DNA from: Chthoniobacteraceae bacterium
Lineage (GTDB): Bacteria > Verrucomicrobiota > Verrucomicrobiia > Chthoniobacterales > Chthoniobacteraceae
Assembly (NCBI GenBank): GCA_031409335.1
Contig: JANNWY010000202.1
Location: 1-14,716, forward strand
Reading direction: 5' to 3'
DNA length: 14,716 bases
The translations under genes and the position numbers were made by a program. Below, piece by piece: positions 8,148-14,716 of the stretch. How positions within the stretch are numbered: the stretch's first letter is position 1; each line of letters begins with the position of its first letter. The notes beneath the pieces are model-generated. The model searched no databases. It was not told where the DNA came from and saw only the letters and a list, made by a program, of their open reading frames with translations.

Positions 8148-8221
8148 ATAAGATTAGAGCCATCGGAGCCAGCGCCGCGATGTTCCTCGCACTTGCATGG
8201 CAGCTCATGCGACCGTCATGA
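8144..8221 (+). CDS. Putative 25-aa hydrophobic micro-peptide MNKIRAIGASAAMFLALAWQLMRPS
   Basis: ATG 8144 overlaps the upstream TGA, and its own TGA (8219-8221) overlaps the downstream ATG 8218. Basic N-terminus followed by a hydrophobic core. Confidence 0.45.
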   Translation: MNKIRAIGASAAMFLALAWQLMRPS

Positions 8222-9531
8222 ACTCCGAATCCATTTCGCTTATCACCGCGCTGCGTGCGAATCCTGGCCTCATCGCCGCGCTCGCACTGTGTGTAGGCCC
8301 GGCCATCGTTCTCTCGCTCGTGGGCTTCATCATGCGCAGCGGTGGTGGTGCGGCACTGCGGCCCATCGTGTTTTTCGCGGGCTTGTTCCTGCCCATTGTG
8401 GTCCCGTTTGTCATCGGTCAGCTCGTGCTCGCCCGCGCACCGGTGCCACGGCAACCCTCGGCAGTTCTTGCCGTGAGCGATGGTCAGTTCACAGACCGCG
8501 CGAAGCTCTTCGGCCCCGGCATCGCACCCGGGATGATTCGTGATGCGAAGAGTGGCCTGCCCGGCATTCTTGATGAAGCGGAAGCCGCCGAGGTCGGCAT
8601 GACCGCGAATGGCGAGACCGTGCTCATCGCGCAGTTCCCCGGCGAGGAAGAGACCAAGCGCGCCTCGGCGGCCTATTGGACCGGATTCCAACTCCGCAAC
8701 ACCAGCGGCGATGAAGAAAACGGTTGGCGTGGCACCCGGATGCAAGGCGACTTCATCGAGATACTGCGCACCGGACGGCAACTATTCGTATGGACTGGCC
8801 TCACGAAGGAAACCGCCGCCGGGCGCCGTGCCGCGTCCGATCTTTCCTCGCAGTTCCCAGCGCTCAAGCCTGCACCGCCGCCGCCGTTGTTCCCGGCCTT
8901 GCAGCCGCTCGCCGATTTCTTTGCTCCGCTCTCAAGGCAGCTCATCGGCGTGGCGTTGCTCGTCGTCGTTTACAGCCTGTGGTTCTTCAAAGGCATCGGT
9001 TGGTGCGCCAGCGCCCAGCCGGTAGCAGGGGCACCCATCGTGCCCGCCAGCGATTTGGTCTTACGCCTCATGGCTATCAATGGTCTCGATGTGCCCTTCA
9101 CCATCACCCAGGGAGAATCGCCGAAGGAACTCATCGCCGACTGGCGCTATGCCGATGCGAAGTGGATCGACATCGCACGCGCTCACGGCATGAAGCGCAC
9201 GTTCCGCATCAGACTCACGCTTGATGAAGCGTCACGCGTCGTGCGCGCCACAGACTACACAGCGGAGTTTGATTGGTCCGTCGGTATCAGCAGCGCGAGC
9301 ATTGGGTGGAAGGCAGCGACGGGCATCGTGTTTTTCCAGAAGGAAAAGCAAACCGTCTTCGGCCTGCAATTTGATGACCAAAGCCGACTCAAGCCCGTGG
9401 TAAGCTACAGTTACAAGTTTGACCTCAACGAAATGAAGTCTCCCCTCATTACCGCGATCACGAAGGCAGGCTGGACCTGGCGACCCACGGCTTGGCAGGG
9501 TCCATCGTGGCTGCGCTGGCTGACCAACTAA
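8218..9531 (+). CDS. Hypothetical membrane protein (437 aa): two N-terminal TMs, a soluble domain, a third TM, and a C-terminal soluble domain
   Basis: Long ORF with TM segments LIAALALCVGPAIVLSLVGFI, IVFFAGLFLPIVVPFVIG and LIGVALLVVVYSLWFF. C-terminal ADWRYADAKW...IRLTLDE...YKFDLNEMKSPL...AGWTWRP. The start could be 8197 or 8218. Confidence 0.82.
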   Translation: MNSESISLITALRANPGLIAALALCVGPAIVLSLVGFIMRSGGGAALRPIVFFAGLFLPIVVPFVIGQLVLARAPVPRQPSAVLAVSDGQFTDRAKLFGPGIAPGMIRDAKSGLPGILDEAEAAEVGMTANGETVLIAQFPGEEETKRASAAYWTGFQLRNTSGDEENGWRGTRMQGDFIEILRTGRQLFVWTGLTKETAAGRRAASDLSSQFPALKPAPPPPLFPALQPLADFFAPLSRQLIGVALLVVVYSLWFFKGIGWCASAQPVAGAPIVPASDLVLRLMAINGLDVPFTITQGESPKELIADWRYADAKWIDIARAHGMKRTFRIRLTLDEASRVVRATDYTAEFDWSVGISSASIGWKAATGIVFFQKEKQTVFGLQFDDQSRLKPVVSYSYKFDLNEMKSPLITAITKAGWTWRPTAWQGPSWLRWLTN

Positions 9532-9556
9532 CCCCGATCTGTTGATCGCCCTTCCC

Positions 9557-9824
9557 ATGACCATCCCCGACCAGCACACCAAAGCCATCGCCGAATTCCC
9601 GCGCATCCTGCAGTGACAGGCGCTGGTTCCATGCAAACCCGATGATTTACCTGGCGTCGAGTCCCGAGAAAGCGAAGCAGCTCTGGCTGCCGATGTGCGT
9701 CGGTTTCGTGTTCATTGGCGTTTGTTCGTTCTTGGGCATGCGCTTCGTGCGCCGCAAACAAACATCCGAAGCCACCGGCAGGCTGGATTCAGCCTCACTT
9801 CTCCCATTTCATGAATCCTCCTGA
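9557..9824 (+). pseudogene. Possible gene remnant(s): a 19-aa ORF (9557-9616) and a 60-aa single-TM ORF in another frame (9642-9824)
   Basis: MTIPDQHTKAIAEFPRILQ* has the same cttcccATG type of start context as neighbouring genes but stops early. The second ORF has TM LWLPMCVGFVFIGVCSFLGM followed by RFVRRK, like a membrane-protein C-terminus. Confidence 0.3.
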
Positions 9825-10572
9825 GCTACCGCCCGCTGCCACGACGAAGCCACGCTCAACCTTCGTGACGCTGATCGCATGGTTGACGATGATCGCCGGC
9901 ATCCTGGGATTACCGATCAGCTTCATCACCATTCTCATGTTGCTGGTTAAGAGCTACGGCACCCAGACCTCGGATCCCATCGGCTTCGTCATCGTCGTGC
10001 TCGGTCCGGCCATCCTGCTGATCACCGGCTTCGGACTGCTTCGGCGATACTGGTGGGCCAGAGGCGCGGGCATCCTTTTGCTCGGCATCTTGATCGCTGA
10101 CAATGCGTGGACTTTGATCAAAGGCCCACGCCCCACCACCACTTACACATCCGCCTCCGGCGTAGAGACCACCGTCATGGGCTCCGGCACGAACTACACT
10201 TCGCTGCCGGTCATCGCGATCTGCGTTGGCCTGCTCGTCAAGCTGTCTTCTGCTGGCGTGCGCGATGACTTCGGCGCGCCTCCGCGGCAGATACTTGCCA
10301 AAACAGACACTCCGGTTCCCGCCAGCGATCAACGGCACTGGCGTGTCGGTCATCACGGACGGGACATGATGTATTACGAAGAGAACATCAGCGGCACCTG
10401 GCAACGCATCGACATCGACGGCGAGATGCTGATGGGCCGCGCGCACCACGTCATCTACTTTGCTTCCGCCGAGCGCTGGCAGAGCTACCCCGAGTGGGCG
10501 CGGGATCGCCGAGCCGAGATCATCGCCCGCATCAAAGGCGAGTTCCGCGAGCCGGACTACGAGTATCAATAG
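9811..10572 (+). CDS. Hypothetical membrane protein (253 aa): about 4 TM plus a C-terminal ~75-aa soluble domain
   Basis: ATG 9811 (MNPPELPP...PRSTFVTLIAW), four hydrophobic segments, a Pro-rich linker, then WRVGHHGRDMMYYEE...IDIDGEML...VIYF...YPEWARDRRAEIIARIK. Confidence 0.82.
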   Translation: MNPPELPPAATTKPRSTFVTLIAWLTMIAGILGLPISFITILMLLVKSYGTQTSDPIGFVIVVLGPAILLITGFGLLRRYWWARGAGILLLGILIADNAWTLIKGPRPTTTYTSASGVETTVMGSGTNYTSLPVIAICVGLLVKLSSAGVRDDFGAPPRQILAKTDTPVPASDQRHWRVGHHGRDMMYYEENISGTWQRIDIDGEMLMGRAHHVIYFASAERWQSYPEWARDRRAEIIARIKGEFREPDYEYQ

Positions 10573-10725
10573 CCACGTCGGTTCACCAGCCAAGGCCGGC
10601 TGAACGGCACATCACCGCAGTCCGGAGCCTCCGGCCTTCATTTTCTGGCACCCTCCCGTCGAGCAAAATTGATCTCTGCTTTCCTCGCCGTGTTGAAAGT
10701 GATCAGCATCGACACCTTGCGCGGT

Positions 10726-10755
10726 GATCAAGATCAGGATCAGGATCAGGATCAT
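10726..10755. repeat. Hexamer tandem repeat (GATCAN)x5 running into the methyltransferase start codon
   Basis: gatcaa gatcag gatcag gatcag gatcat(g). The last unit contains the AT of ATG 10754. Confidence 0.92.
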
Positions 10756-11371
10756 GAAAGCTGCCAGTCCCGCCACCGAATCTTCATCGCGCATCAGCCG
10801 CGCGATCTTCTCGCATCGGCTGCACGTCGGGCTCGCGGTTGTCGCGCTGGCGGGGTTTTTCGTGCGCCCGGGAAATGTGTTTGGCGCCCATCAAATGCTC
10901 GGGATTTCCGTCTCGATCGCGCTCGTGCTGCTCGGCCTTGCGCTGCGCGCGTGGAGCGGCGGGTGCGCGGGGGCGCATACGCGAAATGCCACGATCGAAG
11001 CGCCGCAACTCGTGACCGGCGGGCCTTACGCCTTCGTACGAAATCCGATCTATCTCGCGAGCATCATCCTCGGCCTCGGCATGGTCGGGCTGCTCGGCGA
11101 TCCGTGGATGCTCGGGCTTTACGTCGCGGTGTTCATCTTTCTCTACACGTCGATCGTGCCAGCGGAGGAAGCGTTCCTGCGGAAGACTTTTCCGGAGGAA
11201 TTCGCGCGCTACTGCGCGCATGTGCCGCGGATGATCCCGCGCCTCTCCGCGTGGGGCGAGGCAAAGCCGGTGGTGTTTGCGCGGTCGGCGATTTTCGGAG
11301 AGGCGCGGCTCGGGCTCGTGCTCGTCGGGATCTACGCCTTCATGCGGCTGGCGGCGGCGCTGCGGGGATAG
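10754..11371 (+). CDS. Isoprenylcysteine carboxyl methyltransferase / phospholipid methyltransferase (ICMT/PEMT) family membrane protein
   Basis: Family motif LVTGGPYAFVRNPIYL, C-terminal EEAFLRKTFPEEFARYCAHVPRMIP, and several TM segments. The track's MIKIRIRIRI N-terminus is just the translated hexamer repeat. Confidence 0.9.
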   Translation: MKAASPATESSSRISRAIFSHRLHVGLAVVALAGFFVRPGNVFGAHQMLGISVSIALVLLGLALRAWSGGCAGAHTRNATIEAPQLVTGGPYAFVRNPIYLASIILGLGMVGLLGDPWMLGLYVAVFIFLYTSIVPAEEAFLRKTFPEEFARYCAHVPRMIPRLSAWGEAKPVVFARSAIFGEARLGLVLVGIYAFMRLAAALRG

Positions 11372-12641
11372 GCGGAGTTTTCGGCAGGCGAAAAATGATG
11401 GTCGTCCCGCGGCCCTGCTCGCTCTCGGCGCGCACGCTTCCGCCATGCGCGAGGACGATGTGTTTCACGATGGAGAGCCCGAGCCCCGTGCCGCCGTGCT
11501 CGCGGCTGCGGCCTTTGTCGGCGCGGTAAAAACGCTCGAAGATGCGCGGCACGTCCGGGGCGGGAATGCCGAGGCCGGTATCCTCCACGCGAATCTCCAC
11601 GCCATCCTCCGTGGCAGCCGCGCGCACGGTTACACGCCCCCCGTTGTGCGTGTATTTGATTGAGTTCTCGATGAGATTTCCCACGACCTGTTCGAGCCGG
11701 AAAGCGTCCGCGGAAATCATCGGCACGCCCAATGCGATGTCGGCAGTCAGTGCGATTTGTTTCTCCGCAGCGCGGAGCGACCAGTCGGTCACGGATTCCT
11801 TCAAAAACTTTGCCACATCGAGCGGCGCGAGGTGCAGCTTTTCATCGCGCGATTCCAGCCGCGCGAGGATGAGCAGATCCTCCACGAGCGCATTCAGTCG
11901 GCGCGAATGTTTGCGCATGATGTCGAGCATCGGTCGCGCGTCCTCGGGCGGCATGTCGGGATTGTCGATCAGCGTCTCGGTGTAGCCCTGGAAAATGGAA
12001 AGCGGTGTGCGCAGTTCGTGGGAGACGTTCGCCACAAATTCCTTCCGCACATCTTCGAGCTGCCGCAGCCGCGTCACATCGCGGAGGATTATTACCACGC
12101 CGGGATTTCCGCGCGCCTCGCGCAGCGGCATCGCGCTCACGGCAATGTGCCGCGCGGGCCGTCCGCCATTCCACGAAATCTCCCGCTCTTGCGCAGCATT
12201 CGTTTTCAAAACGGCGAATACGATTTCATCGAAGGCATCGTCGTTCAGCGTGGCCAGCACCGTTTCCCCGATTGGGTCATTGGTCACCGCGAGGATGGTT
12301 TTGAACGCGGGATTGACAAAGCGGATGACGTGCTTCGAGTCCACGACCATCACGCCTTCATCCATGCTTTGCAGGATCGTCTGCTGGTTCACCGCCTCGC
12401 GCTGAAAACGATCGCGCTCTTCATGCTGCTGCCGCAGCACGTGCCGGAAATCTTCCATGAGCCCGCCAAAGCACGGCTGATCGTGAAAGTCGGGCGGCGG
12501 CGCATCGGTGCCGCCGCTGAGTTGTGCGACGGCCCCTTTGATGCGCTGCCAGTCCGCCGCAGCGCGCCGACTTTTCAAAAACCAAAGCCCGCCGCCAATC
12601 GCACCGACCGCACCCGCGACGATCCAGCCCTCCCCACTCAT
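11340..12641 (-). CDS. phoR: PhoR-like sensor histidine kinase (TM, PAS, HisKA, HATPase)
   Basis: ATG 12641 overlaps the phoB stop (ATGA). PAS: ILQSMDEGVMVVD...NPAF. H-box RKEFVANVSHELRTPL, N-box NLIENSIKY, DTGLGI, IFERFYRADKGRSREHGGTGLGLSIVKH. The 3' end overlaps the convergent methyltransferase by 32 bp. Confidence 0.85.
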   Translation of the reverse strand: MSGEGWIVAGAVGAIGGGLWFLKSRRAAADWQRIKGAVAQLSGGTDAPPPDFHDQPCFGGLMEDFRHVLRQQHEERDRFQREAVNQQTILQSMDEGVMVVDSKHVIRFVNPAFKTILAVTNDPIGETVLATLNDDAFDEIVFAVLKTNAAQEREISWNGGRPARHIAVSAMPLREARGNPGVVIILRDVTRLRQLEDVRKEFVANVSHELRTPLSIFQGYTETLIDNPDMPPEDARPMLDIMRKHSRRLNALVEDLLILARLESRDEKLHLAPLDVAKFLKESVTDWSLRAAEKQIALTADIALGVPMISADAFRLEQVVGNLIENSIKYTHNGGRVTVRAAATEDGVEIRVEDTGLGIPAPDVPRIFERFYRADKGRSREHGGTGLGLSIVKHIVLAHGGSVRAESEQGRGTTIIFRLPKTPPIPAAPPPAA

Positions 12642-13339
12642 CTTCCCACTTCCACGATCCGGTAGCCAAAGCCGCGCACCGTCTCGATGCAGTCCGATGA
12701 CTTGCCTAGTTTTTCGCGCAAGCGGCGGATGTGGGTATCGACCGTGCGCGTGTCGATGATGTTTTCGTAGCCCCACACGTCGTTGAGCAAAGTGTCGCGG
12801 CTCTGCACGCGCCCGCGCCTTTCCATGAGCACGGCGAGGAGCTTGAATTCGGTCGCGGTGAAATCGAGCGGCTTGCCTTTCACGAGCACTTCGAAGCGCG
12901 CACGATCCACCTGGATGTCGCCGATCTTGATCGTGTTATCGACTGGCCCGGAGGAGTCCACCCGGCGGATCACCGACTTTACGCGCAGTACGAGTTCGCG
13001 CGGGCTGAAAGGCTTCGTGAGGTAATCGTCCGCGCCGAGTTCGAGCCCCACAATGCGGTCCACTTCCTCGGCTTTCGCGGTGAGCATGATTATCGGGATC
13101 AGCTTCGTCGCCGACTCGCCCTTGAGGATTTTGCAAACCTCCAGCCCTGGCATCCCCGGCAGCATGAGATCGAGCACGATGAGCGCGGGTAAAGTAGAGC
13201 GCGCCATTTCCAAAGCGGAAGGGCCGTCCTCGGCCTTCAGCACGCTGTATCCCGCGCTTTTCAAATTCATCGCAACGAGATTCAGCACGTCCTCTTCATC
13301 GTCGGCGACGAGGATTTTTTTGTTGGCGGATTTAGTCAT
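12638..13339 (-). CDS. phoB: PhoB/PhoP-like OmpR-family response regulator (233 aa)
   Basis: From ATG 13339: [19 protein letters not shown] (phosphoacceptor Asp), [34 protein letters not shown], winged helix [16 protein letters not shown]...[10 protein letters not shown]. Coupled to the phoR-like kinase. Confidence 0.87.
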   Translation of the reverse strand: MTKSANKKILVADDEEDVLNLVAMNLKSAGYSVLKAEDGPSALEMARSTLPALIVLDLMLPGMPGLEVCKILKGESATKLIPIIMLTAKAEEVDRIVGLELGADDYLTKPFSPRELVLRVKSVIRRVDSSGPVDNTIKIGDIQVDRARFEVLVKGKPLDFTATEFKLLAVLMERRGRVQSRDTLLNDVWGYENIIDTRTVDTHIRRLREKLGKSSDCIETVRGFGYRIVEVGR

Positions 13340-13353
13340 GATTGACACTTGGC

Positions 13354-13381
13354 AGTGTAAGTCCCGACCCGCGAGCGGCAA
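13354..13381 (-). promoter_or_regulatory. Candidate sigma70-type promoter for phoBR
   Basis: Minus strand TTGCCG (13381-13376), 16-nt spacer, TACACT (13359-13354), ending 14 nt before the phoB ATG. Only a partial consensus match. Confidence 0.4.
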
Positions 13382-13391
13382 GCTCGTGTGG

Positions 13392-13409
13392 TGTAACATT
13401 CCTGTAACA
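13392..13409. promoter_or_regulatory. Pho-box-like direct repeat upstream of phoB
   Basis: TGTAACA-ttcc-TGTAACA with an 11-bp period, similar to the PhoB consensus CTGT(C/A)A(C/T). It lies 10 bp upstream of the candidate -35. Confidence 0.72.
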
Positions 13410-13444
13410 CGCGCCGCCCGCGATGGTGTCGTGCGATTCGGACA

Positions 13445-13638
13445 TTTTGGAGTGCGGTGGCAGAGCGTAGCGGCGACACCGCTTTTGGTGGGAGCGGAGC
13501 GGCGCGGCGGGGGCTTGAGCCAGGCACAGAATTTCACCCAGCGCCCCGCGCCCTGCCAAAGCGCTGTCGCCGCTATTCTCTGCCAGCGCACTCCAAAAAA
13601 CGGCGTGGCGCTGGCGCTTCCCGCCGCACTCCAAAAAA
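13445..13638. repeat. REP-like cluster of three related ~42-bp units (one forward, two reverse)
   Basis: Unit 1 (+, 13445-13488): ttttGGAGtgcggtggcagagcgtagcggcgacaccgcttttgg. Unit 2 (reverse complement of 13556-13598): ttttGGAGtgcgctggcagagaatagcggcgacagcgctttgg. Unit 3 (reverse complement of ~13597-13636): ttttGGAGtgcggcgggaagcgccagcgccacgccgtttt. Confidence 0.88.
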
Positions 13639-13639
13639 C

Positions 13640-14341
13640 TCAGGCGGCTTTTCGGGCGCCGATTTTTGTCAGGATAGACTCGAAAAGGATGCGCCCGTCG
13701 CTGCTGCCGAGGCGCGGGTCGCAGGCGCGCTCGGGGTGGGGCATGAGGCCGAAGACGTTGCCGGCGGCGTTGCAAATTCCGGCGATGTTTTCGGCGGCTC
13801 CGTTTGGGTTGGCGGCGTCGGTCACTTCACCGCGCTCGTCGCTGTAGCGGAGGAGGATTTGGCGGTGCTGATTCAGCTCCAGAAGCGTCGCGGCGTCGGC
13901 GGTGTAGCTGCCTTCGCCGTGAGCGATCGGGATGCGCAGGATTTGGCCCTGCGTCGCGGCGTGGGTCCAGGCGGTGGCGTTGTTTTCCACGCGGACGCGG
14001 ATGTGCTCGCAGATGAAGTGCAGCGAGCGATTGCGGATGAGCGCGCCGGGGAGCAGGCCAGCTTCGCAGAGGATTTGGAAGCCGTTGCAGATGCCGAGGA
14101 CGTAGGTGCCAGCGGCGGCAGCGGCTTTCACGGACTGCATGATGGGCGAAAAACGGGCGATGGCTCCGCAGCGGAGGTAGTCGCCGTAGGAAAATCCGCC
14201 GGGCAGTACTATGAGATCGTAGCCAGCGACGCTGGTGTCCTTGTGCCAGACGTAATCGACTTCGACGCCCATTTCGCGGAGCGCGAGGTGGCAGTCCTGA
14301 TCGCAGTTGGAGCCAGGGAAGCGGATGATGGCGGCTTTCAT
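13640..14341 (-). CDS. purQ: Phosphoribosylformylglycinamidine synthase glutaminase subunit PurQ
   Basis: [24 protein letters not shown], catalytic [29 protein letters not shown]. Confidence 0.97.
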   Translation of the reverse strand: MKAAIIRFPGSNCDQDCHLALREMGVEVDYVWHKDTSVAGYDLIVLPGGFSYGDYLRCGAIARFSPIMQSVKAAAAAGTYVLGICNGFQILCEAGLLPGALIRNRSLHFICEHIRVRVENNATAWTHAATQGQILRIPIAHGEGSYTADAATLLELNQHRQILLRYSDERGEVTDAANPNGAAENIAGICNAAGNVFGLMPHPERACDPRLGSSDGRILFESILTKIGARKAA

Positions 14342-14568
14342 TCAACCACGAGGTGGTAGTCTTCGATCACGGGATTGGAAAGCAGGTCGCGGCAGATTTC
14401 GTGGAGCGCCTTTTCTTCGACGGCACCGGTCAGTTCCAGCTCGATGAATTTCCCGACGCGCACGCTCGCGACGCCTTCGATCCCGTGGTGGCGGATGGCG
14501 TCGCGCACGGCGACTCCCTGCGGATCGAGGATGTTTTGTTTCGGTGAAACGATGACCTTGGCTTTCAT
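14338..14568 (-). CDS. purS: Phosphoribosylformylglycinamidine synthase subunit PurS
   Basis: [29 protein letters not shown] overlap with purQ. Confidence 0.96.
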   Translation of the reverse strand: MKAKVIVSPKQNILDPQGVAVRDAIRHHGIEGVASVRVGKFIELELTGAVEEKALHEICRDLLSNPVIEDYHLVVE

Positions 14569-14580
14569 GGCGCGGGAGAC

Positions 14581-14716
14581 TAGTGTATTGTCAATTGTAG
14601 CGCGATGGTTAAAAGTGAAAGAATTAGCGGGTACTAATATTATCTCTGTATAAATGGGCGTGATGCCAAAGAAAAAGCATCACATCCGACTCAGTGGCGA
14701 GGAACGCGGGCAACTC
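14581..14716 (+). mobile_element. Probable left end of an IS630-family insertion sequence (cut off by the window edge)
   Basis: Abrupt switch to AT-rich DNA at CTAG/TA (14580-14583; IS630 targets TA), a terminus TAGTGTATTGTCAA, then a transposase-like ORF start. The right end is not visible. Confidence 0.6.
14663..14716 (+). CDS. N-terminus of a probable IS630-family transposase (partial)
   Basis: MPKKKHHIRLSGEERGQL (alternative in-frame ATG at 14654) fits the K-x-x-(I/V)-x-L-(S/T)-x-E-E-R-x-x-L start typical of IS630 transposases. Only 18 codons are visible. Confidence 0.6.
   Translation, partial: MPKKKHHIRLSGEERGQL

Noticed and set aside
13340..13591. 84-aa N-terminal extension of PhoB, and ORFs 13332-13775 and 13053-13847
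   Set aside because: Translations through the REP cluster and promoter; the receiver domain starts right after ATG 13339.
13445..13638. CRISPR array or tRNA interpretation of this cluster and of 1887-2050
   Set aside because: Units are inverted and degenerate, with no regular spacers, no cas genes and no cloverleaf or T-loop consensus.

Overview
GC-rich bacterial DNA. Gene content and repeat style suggest the PVC group, probably Verrucomicrobiota (inference). From left to right: a truncated beta-lactamase-like serine hydrolase (-, runs off the left edge, absent from the ORF track); a divergent secreted GH5-like glycoside hydrolase (+); a REP-type inverted-repeat element; a 1325-aa secreted protein combining LamG, a PVC-type beta-propeller, a CxxCH cytochrome c and ThuA (-); and an alpha/beta hydrolase (-). 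Next comes a co-oriented cluster of uncharacterised envelope genes (+): a small secreted Sm-like protein, three membrane proteins, a 25-aa peptide ORF overlapping both neighbours by ATGA, and a probable gene remnant. Then an ICMT/PEMT-family methyltransferase (+), phoR-phoB (-) with a Pho-box-like direct repeat, a second REP cluster, purQ-purS (-), and the probable left end of an IS630-family element 12 bp upstream of purS. No rRNA, tRNA or CRISPR array was seen. I cannot demonstrate a new system. The best leads are the 7.3-10.6 kb envelope cluster with its coupled micro-peptide, the REP elements with covarying stems (one apparently in-frame inside a gene), and a heptamer repeat in the linker before the ThuA domain. 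All family assignments are from motif recognition; no searches were run.
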